From the NCBI GenBank assembly GCA_964430885.1, contig CAYSHM010000005.1:64001-128000 (forward strand): 64,000 bases of DNA. The letters run 5' to 3'. The position numbers and the translations under genes were made by a program. Each line of letters begins with the position of its first letter. The stretch's first letter is position 1. The stretch comes from an uncultured archaeon. Its GTDB lineage: Archaea > Thermoplasmatota > Penumbrarchaeia > JASLWR01. Below the pieces are notes generated by a model, which saw only the letters and a list, made by a program, of their open reading frames with translations, did not search any database and was not told the DNA's origin. Shown in pieces: positions 29,035 through 40,300 of the stretch.

Positions 29035-31602
29035 ATGGTTAAAAATAATTACAAACATTTCTTAATAAAAAGCTCTGCGGCGGCATTGACCCTTCTATTT
29101 CTGCTAAGTGCCCTGTCGGCGGTCAATTCATCCACTTTGAAGGAAACCTTTGATGGCGGTGAGTCAACAGCAGTATACGATTCCGATGACAAACCCACCT
29201 TGACCATGCCTGCTGGTGCGGTCATATTCAACACTTCACTTGACATAAGCGGGAGTATATCCAATCCTGATGAGTTCACGGAACTGATACCCTCTGATCA
29301 GGGAAGCGGAGGGTGGTACGGTGCATCGGCGGAAGATCCTCCTGTATCCAATCCTGCCAACCTCAAAACAAATGGTTTTTCAGCCGGACAGAAGAACGAT
29401 ATGTCCGCACCCAATGGCATCTACGTACGCACAAAAGCGAACATGGAAAACCAGGGCCCATACCATCATTTCTCATTTACAGTCCCCTATCCCGAAGCGG
29501 ATATCGGCAATATGGAACTTAAATGGAGGGGGAAAGGAGAGGAGCCTCTCGTGGATATGCTTGACCGATACAAAGCAACAATATACGTTTGGAACCATCA
29601 GGGTACAAACTGGGTGCAGCTGGATTCCTATGGACTTTCCCCTTCATCGTCTTTAATGTGGCTCAGCGGCAATATATCTTCCCACATATCCAATTACATT
29701 GATAACAATGATGAGGTCCACCTCCTTGTCAGATCTTGGATCTTCGGAACAACTGAAGCCTACATCGATACTGATTATGCAGTCCTGAACATTTCCTACC
29801 GAGGTGGAGGTCAATATCCAGAAGGACTATCGCTGAAACTCAAAGAGGGAGGAGTGAATGTTTGGGACTATCCCGGCGTCCTCCAGGGTATAACAACCCT
29901 AGGTAATTCCAAACTGAAGGCGACCATTCAGGAGATGTCAAATGAGGCATATGAGCTCGGTTCGGAAACATTGACCCTGACCTTTATTATCGGTAATTCC
30001 GGGGGAGGGATAATTCAGCTATCCAATCTATCGGTGGAATACGGACTTGAACCCTGGGTGGATACAGATGCGATAAGCGCATCATTCCAGGAAGACCTAG
30101 ATCCCATGGGACTCATTGATCTGCATGACCATTTCAGGGACGACGAAGCCCTGGAGGATCTGACCTTTGAGATAATATACCAATCACAACCCTCGAAGGT
30201 CTCAGCTGAACTGGGTGCTAACGGCCATACCCTTGACTTCACATCTGAGGCCGATGATTGGAACGGAGAAGTGTCAATGGGAATACGAGCTACGGATACG
30301 GATGGACTTTTCTGCGAGTTCTTCAACATTACCGTAACTGTCATTCCAGTGAACGATGAGCCCTTCACACTAGGCATTCCACATCAGATATGGTACGAAG
30401 ATAAAACCTGCCCGGAGGATTTTCTGGACCTATGGAACTATTTCGGGGACGGCGGATGGAAGGAGGATCTAGTAAGCAATATGACCTTCACCTTGCCTCC
30501 TGATAAGAATCCGCTTTTAGCAGATAAAACCGCTTTGGGATCCATTACTGACAACCGATATTTTCATGTGATACCCTGGTATAACTACAACGGCAATGTT
30601 GCATTCGTGGTCAGAGCTGAGGACCGCGGCGGAGATATTATTGAAGCAAATCTTACTATGGAAATAATGCCCACTAACGACCCGCCCCAGTTCAATTCGA
30701 CCCCCCCTGAGATAATTGATGAAGGAAAAAATTATACTTATACCCCCCAGACCTGGGATCTTGACGGTGATGCTCTCACCCTCACAGTGGAGTCGGGGCC
30801 GGAGGGTTTGATATCAAATGGAACTGGAATAATCTGGATGCCCGAAGACAAGGATGTAGGTATACACAACATTTCTCTTCTACTTAGTGATAGTGAGAAC
30901 TATACTTATCAGAATTTTACGCTAACCGTTCGGAATGCAAATGACGCTCCAGTCCTAGATGAGATTGACCCGATTACACTTGAAGTTGGAGATATTCTTA
31001 ATCTCACAATTACAGCGGACGATCCAGATATGATGATCGACCCATTTGAAATGCTGACATTTACCGACGATTGCAGTCTTTTCGACGTAGGTTATGATAC
31101 AGGGAAAATATGGTTCAAACCCTCATGGATGCATATAGGAATACATAATTTTACACTGAGTGTTTCAGATGGAAAGGGGCTGGCCGATCAAATAGATGTT
31201 ACATTGAGAATTACCCTCCCTAACGGAACATCATTGCCGGAGATCAAAGTTCTGAAACCGGAAAATAGAACTGACCTTGTAGCAGGGGAAATGAACGATT
31301 ATGAAATTGAGATACTTAATCACGAAATAGGAGTGAACTGGAATATAACCTGGTACTATGAAGGAAACATCATCGGATATGGATTAGCCATAGACCATAT
31401 GTTCAAAACTCCTGGAAAGCATACCATAAAGGTGGCTGCAAAGGACGGAGAAGCTGAGCTGGAGGCTGAATTCGATGTTACGGTTGATGAAGAAAGGAAG
31501 AAAAAGAAAGATGATTCTCCAGGTTTTGGAATCATACTACTAACCACAGTGCTCAGTTTGTCCCTGGTCGTGTATTCAAGAAGAAGAATTAGAAGTGACT
31601 AG
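29035..31602 (+). CDS. Secreted surface protein with cadherin-like/Ig and PKD repeats and PGF-CTERM anchor
   Basis: Signal peptide; VIPVNDEP/PTNDPP/NANDAP cadherin-type linkers; C-terminal DDSPGFG-TM-RRR (archaeosortase A signal); ATG 29035 follows GAGGT. Confidence 0.85.
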   Translation: MVKNNYKHFLIKSSAAALTLLFLLSALSAVNSSTLKETFDGGESTAVYDSDDKPTLTMPAGAVIFNTSLDISGSISNPDEFTELIPSDQGSGGWYGASAEDPPVSNPANLKTNGFSAGQKNDMSAPNGIYVRTKANMENQGPYHHFSFTVPYPEADIGNMELKWRGKGEEPLVDMLDRYKATIYVWNHQGTNWVQLDSYGLSPSSSLMWLSGNISSHISNYIDNNDEVHLLVRSWIFGTTEAYIDTDYAVLNISYRGGGQYPEGLSLKLKEGGVNVWDYPGVLQGITTLGNSKLKATIQEMSNEAYELGSETLTLTFIIGNSGGGIIQLSNLSVEYGLEPWVDTDAISASFQEDLDPMGLIDLHDHFRDDEALEDLTFEIIYQSQPSKVSAELGANGHTLDFTSEADDWNGEVSMGIRATDTDGLFCEFFNITVTVIPVNDEPFTLGIPHQIWYEDKTCPEDFLDLWNYFGDGGWKEDLVSNMTFTLPPDKNPLLADKTALGSITDNRYFHVIPWYNYNGNVAFVVRAEDRGGDIIEANLTMEIMPTNDPPQFNSTPPEIIDEGKNYTYTPQTWDLDGDALTLTVESGPEGLISNGTGIIWMPEDKDVGIHNISLLLSDSENYTYQNFTLTVRNANDAPVLDEIDPITLEVGDILNLTITADDPDMMIDPFEMLTFTDDCSLFDVGYDTGKIWFKPSWMHIGIHNFTLSVSDGKGLADQIDVTLRITLPNGTSLPEIKVLKPENRTDLVAGEMNDYEIEILNHEIGVNWNITWYYEGNIIGYGLAIDHMFKTPGKHTIKVAAKDGEAELEAEFDVTVDEERKKKKDDSPGFGIILLTTVLSLSLVVYSRRRIRSD

Positions 31603-31645
31603 AACTAATACCTGGTAGCATTCAGTAAAAATGAATATATAACCA

Positions 31646-32098
31646 TCATTTATTATTGCCTCGGGTAGCCCTGTAGGAGGAAATATAATCCGCCATTGAA
31701 GTACTGGCTACTGTTTCACCTATGATATCCATGGGAATGTCCTCTAATTTTCGAAACCTTAGACATGATTTCCCCATGTTCAATTTTTTACCAGTCCTCT
31801 CGAAGGATTCCTTCAATTCCTTTTCCTTTTTCGGATCGCCGTAGACATTCATTAGATATACCGAATAATAATTCTTCTGAGCTGCCAAGGCCGCATACAT
31901 CAGGGATTGACCGTTATAGGTATCGGACAATACACTTAGAGAGACCTCGTAACATATCATACCCCAATTCATGTTTTCCTGATATCCCTCTGGAAGATTC
32001 TTGATCATCATATCCCTTATTTCCGAGATCACTTTTCTTCTTTCAGGAAGCAATTCTTCCAAATACCCTTCCACTGTAGCAGCCTTACTGCTCACCAA
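31646..32098 (-). CDS. DUF1801 (YdhG-like) protein
   Basis: TVEGYLEEL..ERR, NWGMICY, LAAQKNYYSVYLM, MGKSCLRF. Confidence 0.85.
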   Translation of the reverse strand: MVSSKAATVEGYLEELLPERRKVISEIRDMMIKNLPEGYQENMNWGMICYEVSLSVLSDTYNGQSLMYAALAAQKNYYSVYLMNVYGDPKKEKELKESFERTGKKLNMGKSCLRFRKLEDIPMDIIGETVASTSMADYISSYRATRGNNK

Positions 32099-32295
32099 TT
32101 CATCACCCTTTTATTATAGGTCAATAAGTTCAGGTCAGATCGATTTGGACCAAAAAGGTTCCAGCTGCATCTAATACGAACAAATGACATGAGATAATAT
32201 GCATTACCCTAAATCGAACAAAGCTTATTACCCGGTTATATTATTTCAATAATATTGCAGACATTTATTTATCGGAAATTATACATTGTTTATGA

Positions 32296-33123
32296 ATGGT
32301 AAAAACCATGAAAAAGCCATTCCTTATATCGGGGATTCTGATCATCTCAATGCTGCTTCTTATTCTATCCCTGATAATGCCATGGTACAACCTGAACCAC
32401 ACTGCAGGAGGAGCTCTTTATTCCGAGAGCAGTTTTAAATTATCCTACGGCGATATAAGTAATCTGGAGAGCATGGGCCTTTGGAACGAGAAAAGGGTGC
32501 ATCAAGCAACATCAAGCCCTCAGATATTCAAAGAACCCCGCAGCGGCGTAAGTGGGAGTAATTACGAGAAATCGCCCAACATAGACAGTACCATGACCAC
32601 AACAGCTGTTTTTGTGATAATCGCTTCCCTGCTCAACATTATTTCATTGATCGGATCCTTTCTTCTTTTAAAGAGTAAGGGGAGAGGACGCAGGAATGCA
32701 AGGCGGATAATGCTCTTGACCATCATTCTGATGTTCGGCTGCACTATTTGGACGTCGTTCTACTTCTATACCAATATACCTGTTGCAGTTAACGAAGATA
32801 TTGATACAACCATCTACCCCGACCTCTATGATCACATAACTGAGGACAATCTTACATTCCCCGGGAGTGACGGAAGAAGTGAATTTTGGTCCACACGCAG
32901 GGATGTATACGATCAGTTCAGCTCCACTACCGAGCATGAGAGAACATTTACTGGTAGCGACACCAGTCAATTCCAGCAGAGTTATTTTGACGGGAAGATC
33001 CACCTCAATATTGTCAATGAATTCTCCTGGGGGCCTTCTCCGGGTTTTTTAATCTTCCTAGGTGTAACTTTCATCTCCTTTGCAGCCATGATCATGGTAT
33101 TGATAAACAAACCATATCCTTGA
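32296..33123 (+). CDS. Hypothetical membrane protein (4 TM)
   Basis: Four hydrophobic segments, with PWY after TM1 and WGPSPGF before the last TM. Confidence 0.65.
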   Translation: MVKTMKKPFLISGILIISMLLLILSLIMPWYNLNHTAGGALYSESSFKLSYGDISNLESMGLWNEKRVHQATSSPQIFKEPRSGVSGSNYEKSPNIDSTMTTTAVFVIIASLLNIISLIGSFLLLKSKGRGRRNARRIMLLTIILMFGCTIWTSFYFYTNIPVAVNEDIDTTIYPDLYDHITEDNLTFPGSDGRSEFWSTRRDVYDQFSSTTEHERTFTGSDTSQFQQSYFDGKIHLNIVNEFSWGPSPGFLIFLGVTFISFAAMIMVLINKPYP

Positions 33124-33158
33124 AAAAACCAATGTTTCCACCTGAAAAGTCGCTTAGA

Positions 33159-34295
33159 TCAAATTTCCATGATCCGGGTATTAACAAAATATTCAAAATC
33201 GTAGGGGGTCATTTCTCCAGAATGCATTCCTGGAACGGGCATTAGCCTTGCAGATAATGGTTTCTTCAGTTTATCGGATAGGGAAGCAATATCCAAAAGG
33301 AGGGCGTATATTTTCTCAATTGACGCCACACCAGGTAAGGGGATCGTATCGAGTCCAGTTCCGCATACGGCTGAAAAAAGAAGAAGGTTCGATATATTGA
33401 ATGAGCCCTCAATATTCCTAGTTGCCAAACCATGATCCTCCATTACCGGAAGCATTAGACCTGAATAACCGCATTTCTTGACATCCAATCCATGTAAAAC
33501 CCCGGTAACCATCTTGGCGACAGCTAAAGTACCGGCCCCCCCGAACTTCCCTATACCCAATCTTTCAAAAGCATAAGCTACACTCTCATTTTCCTGAATG
33601 GAAGGAGCGATGGATACATCTATCCCTCCGTAATTAATATTTTCATCAACTGCAATTATTTCAGTTATTTCCTGGATGCTCTTCATTTGCCGGTTCATTT
33701 TTTCATTCAGTATTAAAGCACCTTCATCCATAGATCCTGCCTGGGAAAAAGAATCAAAGAGCACATCACTATTTTCTGTTCCTATGGTAATGGAAACAGG
33801 GCCTTTGTGATAGGATGCAGGAAAGAAAGGACTACCCGGCCCCACATTGAAAAGGGATGCATAACGGAGATTGGCAAATCCACCCGGTTCTGCATCCGCA
33901 AGTTTTTTTACCAGCTGTGCACTTGAAACCAAAAGTTCCCTCTTCATTCCTCCATGATCGCAGCATATGGATGAAGAGAAGCAGCGGCGGGTTCTCTTGA
34001 AAATCTCATAAAGCGTCTCCAGCCCCGACTTATCCGCAGCCGGCCCGATGCTAAAATAATCCATGCCCATCTCTTCGGCAATAAGATCCAGCCCCTCCAC
34101 CAGGTCCAATATCTGCTCTGCAGAGGTGAAATATTCCTGCCAGGGCTGTGTTGAGAATCTCTTTGTTTGAACTGTGAAACCGCTGTTCTGAAATGATTTT
34201 TCGGCTTTATTTAAGATGTGGGCAGTACGGATCATTTGATCCTTGTAATAAGTGGGGTCTAGTTCAAATCCTATTGTTATCGTTCGTATCTTCAT
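33159..34295 (-). CDS. DUF711 (UPF0210) family protein
   Basis: MKIRTITIG, VQTKR, PFFPASYH, GYSGLMLPVMED, SAVCGTGLDTIPLPG, KPLSARLMP. Confidence 0.88.
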   Translation of the reverse strand: MKIRTITIGFELDPTYYKDQMIRTAHILNKAEKSFQNSGFTVQTKRFSTQPWQEYFTSAEQILDLVEGLDLIAEEMGMDYFSIGPAADKSGLETLYEIFKRTRRCFSSSICCDHGGMKRELLVSSAQLVKKLADAEPGGFANLRYASLFNVGPGSPFFPASYHKGPVSITIGTENSDVLFDSFSQAGSMDEGALILNEKMNRQMKSIQEITEIIAVDENINYGGIDVSIAPSIQENESVAYAFERLGIGKFGGAGTLAVAKMVTGVLHGLDVKKCGYSGLMLPVMEDHGLATRNIEGSFNISNLLLFSAVCGTGLDTIPLPGVASIEKIYALLLDIASLSDKLKKPLSARLMPVPGMHSGEMTPYDFEYFVNTRIMEI

Positions 34296-34348
34296 TGACC
34301 GACCTCATGATTTATCCTATAAGCAAAAACAAAATCAAAGGCCCTATT

Positions 34349-37300
34349 TCAAGCCATTCTCATAGCGTCCTGCGCCAACTCCAAAGCCTGTCTAAACTCG
34401 CCTTTTTCATAATATTTCTTGGCCTTTACAAAGGCTTCCTTGGCCTCTGGATTGCGGGATTCCTCGATTATCTCCCTTGTGGCCTCAACAATAACTCCCG
34501 CTTTGGTCCTCAACAGTCCGTTAAGGATCTGATTGGCCATTTCTATGCATTCCTTGGTAATATCATAGGATATCTCCACCTCTCCTTGGTTCATGAGGTT
34601 GAACGAACGGTCAACCTGAACCTTCAACTCAGATATATCCCCGTTGAACGAACTTATTTCGAACATCAATCGTTCACATTCGTTAATATTCTCCTTTATC
34701 TTTTTCTTGAATAGACCCTGGCCTGCAACTTCTATGTCCCTTATAAGAGAAGCCTTCAAATCCATGGCCAATTCAAGATCGCCATTGCCGAGATGCGACA
34801 GAATTCTTGAATGCTGGGTGCGGAGTTGATTAGTACCTGCTCCCTGCAAAGCTAGTGCCCTAATTTTTTCTTCCCATGAAGGAGATTCTTTCTCCATATC
34901 GCTGATATTTTTCCATCTAATAAGCTGTTTGGTCACCATTATGCTCTCGGCCAGCAATTCCTTGGATAGATCCCATTCGCCCCTTTCCATGCACCTCCTG
35001 CCCTCAGTTAATAAACTCCAAGCCTGAGATACGTCAATACCTTTATTACGGGTTCCCCTCACCAGAGCCTCCCCTCTTTTATATTTTTCCTGAAGCTTCT
35101 CGCTCATATACTTGTTCATACTCTGATTGTAATGGTCCATAGCCTTATTGGCCAAACTATAGGCATACCTGTAATCTCCTGACGAATATTTTCTTTCGGA
35201 CCTGTTAAGTTCATTTCTATAATGCTCCTCATCTACCATATCACTTCTAGAGGAAAGAACCGCATCCAGATCCTGTATTGCATTTCTGGCGGATTCCCTC
35301 TCCTTTCTCTTGATCAGCTCTTTGGAAAAATATACCATTTCCTCACAGCTCGTTCTGACCTGGGAAACATCACCGTCCTTTGCAGCCTGCTTTGTACGGC
35401 TGAACATATCCCTCAATGAGGGGGCACGCTCAAGTGAGACTCCAATCCTCTTCATCTCAGATATAGTGGTCTCCAGTATTGTTCGTGCCTTTTTCCTGTT
35501 CTGCATTTTTTTGGCCGCCTTTAGGGATTCATCGGCCTTATCCAGATGTTTCTTCGCAGCATGAACATCATTTTCTCCCAAAGCATGGTCCGCTTTATCC
35601 AGCCATTTATCCATTTCAACAAACAGGGCTGAATGAAAGCTCAACTTGGCATATTTCATTTTTAGTTTTTCATGCCTCTGGATAAGCGCTACTTTCATGG
35701 CCCTCCTCCCCAGCATGGAGGTCAACTCCTTCAGCGACCTAATAACCTTTAACCTGGAAACCTGGTTTTCAATTGGTATATTATCCAATTCTCTACTGTA
35801 AAACTCAAAAGCCTCTATACCTTCTATACTCATCTGTTTCAGACCCCTCACTCCACCCATCTGGTCGATTGCTTTGTTGATGGATCTGATATCCCTATTG
35901 ATCAAGTTCTCAGTCCTTTTGATAATCCGGTCCTTGACATCATCCATATTAACAAGGTTCAGACGGCCCTTACCCTGGAGAGATTTCCCATCTATAAAAG
36001 TAATTTTCTCTATCTGCTCATAGATCTCCCTGGCAATATCTCTGGGCAATAGCGGGGACAGATTGTAGAAGTAATCCTTGACATCCAGCAGTTTTCTATC
36101 AAAACGCCATTTTTCCTGACTTTTCTCCTCCACCTCCATGAAGTCCTGAAAAATCAGCATAATCTTAGTAAGATCGTGTTCATCCGCACTCTCCATGGAT
36201 TTCAGCAATGCTGATAATTTGACCACTGGTTCCTCACCCCATTTCTGGGCCTTGGCCTTGTTCAGAACCGCTCTTTCGAGGCCTATCAGTTCCGCCTTAA
36301 TCTGGCTGCCACGGAGGTTTCGGGTTTTGACTGCATTTTCCAGTGATTCCCTAGCAGCCTTCTCGGCGCCCTCTAGATTGCCCTCCTCCAGCATTAATAT
36401 AGCTTTTTGCAGATAACGGAAGCTTGACGATTGGTCGATACCGCCAGACCCCAGTTCCTTCACCTTCCTGCGTGTGGCCTTTATTGTATCGGACACATGC
36501 TTTCTACGATGGGCCTCAAATTCTCTCTTAATCTCACGGGAAGTTTCCTCCAGCTTGATACCAGCTCCTTCAAAATCCCCCTCCTCCATAAGCTTCTCTA
36601 TATACTCTACTTTCCTCAGATAGCTCTCTTTCCCCTTCTTCATGGTCAGAAGACGCGTCTTCAGATACTCTATGCGGGATCTGTAATCATGAGCCTTTAA
36701 AAGGTCCTGACATATTCCTTTGAGAGAACGCAATTTCAGTGTGCATTCCTCATACTCCTCGGAATGATACAGCCTTTTTCCTTTTTCAAAAGTGGTTCTC
36801 AGGTGGTCAATTTCTCCAGATATCCTGGCGGTTCTATCCATCAGTTCATTTAGCTCCCTTATCAGATTCTGGGAATCGGTCTTGAAAAAGGTATCGCTGA
36901 TATTTTGTGCAGATTTAAGACTCTGAGCTACTAATATCAAACCTCTTTTTGTATCCTCGTTGTTGAAGCATTCCCAAGCTTTTTTCAGAAGAAGCTGGGG
37001 GCCGGTCATATCTATATCTAGGGTCTGATATCTATCAATGAGAGTTTCGGCCTTTTCCATCTCGATCTCCAAGCGGGACAGACGGAACTGGTGCTCTCTC
37101 TCCCGGGCACTGGTCAGAGCATGTTCTATGTTATCCGAAATAGACTCGAACTCCTCGTCATCGATACCCTCTCTTCCTCTCAGCAGTTCTCTCATATCCT
37201 CCAACAAGCGTTTGGCCTTTGCTATCTTGACCCCCTCTCGTTCAATATCTATGCATATATAGACCGCAGCTTCAAGCTTCTTATTCAGGGTATCTATGTT

Positions 37301-40300
37301 GAAAAGATATTTCTGGCTGTCAAGATGCATCTCCGATTCAGCTATCAGCTTCTCGCCCATATCCCAATTCTCTTTCTTGATCTCCTCGGTGCACCTTATA
37401 AAGTTCTCGGCTGCTCGGTTCAATGAAGATTTGGGTATTCCCAAACCCACTAATTCGTTGTAATATATCTTGACAGCTGTCATCCGGTTCTTTATCCTGG
37501 ATTTCAGATAATTTGTCTTTGCCTTGTCCAGCATATTTTGGGCCGATTCAAACAGGCTCCTTGCAGATTGAATGTCACCCTGCTGATACAGCTCTCGTAC
37601 CCTTTTCACTATCTTTTCAGGCTGTTTGACATTTATACCTTTGATGCTCGCCTTGTCCATCTCTGCACTGAGATTTTCCAAGGATTCCCTGAGATCAATT
37701 TTTTCCCGAATGGAAAACGCCGAGTCTATGGCCTTATTATAAGTTTGAATGGAAGAATCATAGTATTCCTTCTCCAGAAATATATCCGCCCTTTCTTTTA
37801 GATCCAGAATATGATCCGCGACCCCATCTTTTTCCTGTAAATAATTTAGCAGTTCATTCAATTTGGACCGGGAATCGTATGCTTTTTTCTTGATGTAATC
37901 CCTATTCAACGACTGTATGTCAGTCTCCAATTTGGACACTTCTTCCACGAATATATCATCCATCTTATCATTGGACACTTTTTTAAACTGGTCCAATCTG
38001 CCGTAGTAATCCGCAAGATCGACACTGCCCTGAGAATCATCTTTGATAAAATCCAAAACCTTTTCTATCCTAAATAGTTGCCTTGCGGCCAATTTGAAAT
38101 CATATTCTCTTCTGCGTTCTCTTGCTTCTCTGAAAGCGGCACCACAATATTCCTTTACTTTATCCAAGCTCCCTTCAGAGAACATTTCCTTTGCATCTTC
38201 ATAGAATGTCTTCATTAGTGTTGTGTCAAAATCCAATGAAGATATGTGAGCAATCTCTCGCCTAAGAGATTCCAGTTCCTCTTTGACATTCTTATGCTCC
38301 AGGGCTTTGGACAGATCAGAGCAGATCTCATCCATCTGTCCCATAAGCCATTTGGCATCCTTGATATTGCCTTCCTTGTAATAATCGTCCAATCTTACCA
38401 GGGCTTCGGCCAATTGTTCAGTGTCCAAACCTTGTATCTCATAATTATTAAGCATTGACCGGGTAGAATCTAGATAATTACAGACCCTCTTGACCTCTAA
38501 TTCAGTTATCAGATCATCAATATCTGCTCTTCTTCTCTCAATCAAAGTCTTTGCCTTCTCGAAGGCGCCATCGCCAATTGAGCGCTTGATCTCTAAAAGT
38601 TTCATTTCCATATCTAATACGTTCTCCCCCAGCTGGGAAATATCAAAGAGCTCATCCTCCATATCGTAGAGCTTACCAAGGAGATCATTTGAGATATAAT
38701 TCTCATATGCCTTCTTTGCTCTCTCCCAGCCCATGGATATACAGCTAGCGGCATTGTCATGATCATTTTTCTCAAGTCTTGACCTGGCCTTTTCAATGAA
38801 AGACCTTAGGGGATCCACATCAATACCCAAGTCAGTAAGCTCATCGAGTCTTTGCCTGAACTGGTCCAACTCGGTCCAATAGTGACTGACATATTCATTT
38901 TCAATATCAACCTCTATATCGAACAAACCCTTCCGCACCTCATCCAGTCTTCCAGTCTTGAAAATGTCGGTAATGCCTCTCAATCTGCTGTCCAATGTAA
39001 GTATGTCTTTCCCTTTTACCCCAAGCTTCCGGCATTTTTCCCTGAGTGCTTTTAATTTTCTAAATAATTCAAGTATATTCGTTTTGCTCTTAATCATGCT
39101 CCTGACCCTATCGGACAGTTCAAAAGCAGCCCGGTATCTTTGAGCTTCGAAAAGGTCGATTACCCTGTCAAGTTCCTTCTTCATAAGTTCGATGTCCTGA
39201 CCAGCTTCTAGGAGTTCCGGAAAAATAACCTTGCTTTCAGATATTAATTCAAGTATCCTTTCCTGCTGATAGGTTCCCTTTAATCTTTGTGCAATATCCC
39301 ATGCACGCTTCACATCTTTACTAGCCTTTTCAATATTATCCTTCTCCATGGAGGCCCGAGCATCGGATAATAATTCCTCCAGCGTGGAAGTGTCCATTGA
39401 AACATTTCGCCATTTTTTAATTTCCGATTCTATGGAGAACATCCTCTCTTTTAGAACCGGAACTTTCTTTCTCTGCATCTTGATGTCCAAAGAACTATCT
39501 ATCCTCTTGAGCAAATCTCTGACGCCGTCTAGGTCATCCTCATTTATCAACCTCAAGGCATCCTCAACCATCTCATCAACATCTTCGAGATCGAAATCCT
39601 CCTTCCTCAGGTCCTCGATCCTTCTCTCGGTGTTATCAAGCATTCCGGCTATAGAATTCCTTAAATGTACCCTTTTTTTATCTGCAATATCCTTCTCCAA
39701 GTTGTCGAATAATGCTTTCAGGGCCTTGAAATCGCCCTCCTCTATCCTATTCTTGATAGCCATCAATCTCTCCTCCAAAACTGAGGTATCTATTCCCTTT
39801 CTTTCCAGCATTTTCAGTGACGAGTGAACTTCCACCAATGTCTTTAAATGGTTCCTTTTCATGAACTCATCATCGGCTTCAGTGATGTATTTATAGGCGC
39901 GTTTAACAGTACTCAATGCTGATTCTACATCATCACTTCTAAGCTTGATCTCCGCAGCTCTCAACAAAATCTCGGCCTTCACGGGCTTCAGCCCTGCCTT
40001 TTTGAGTTTGACAAGCCTGCTCTCGGCTTCCTCCCAGAGCTGTTTGGCTTGGGAAGCGTTTTCCTGAAGCTCCCTAGTCCTGATGATTGCTTCCATTTCA
40101 CCCAATAATTCTCTGCCGAGAATTACATTTGACCTATCCAAGGCCTCCTGTATATGCGGGTATTTGGTCTTCAGAAGGGCAACATCCATACCATTGGCAG
40201 CCATCGCCCCCACAGATTCCTTCAGAAGTGAGAATCGGCTATGGATCATATCGACATTATATTTTTCCAGTTTGGCCTTGGACAATAAAGCCCCTTCTCG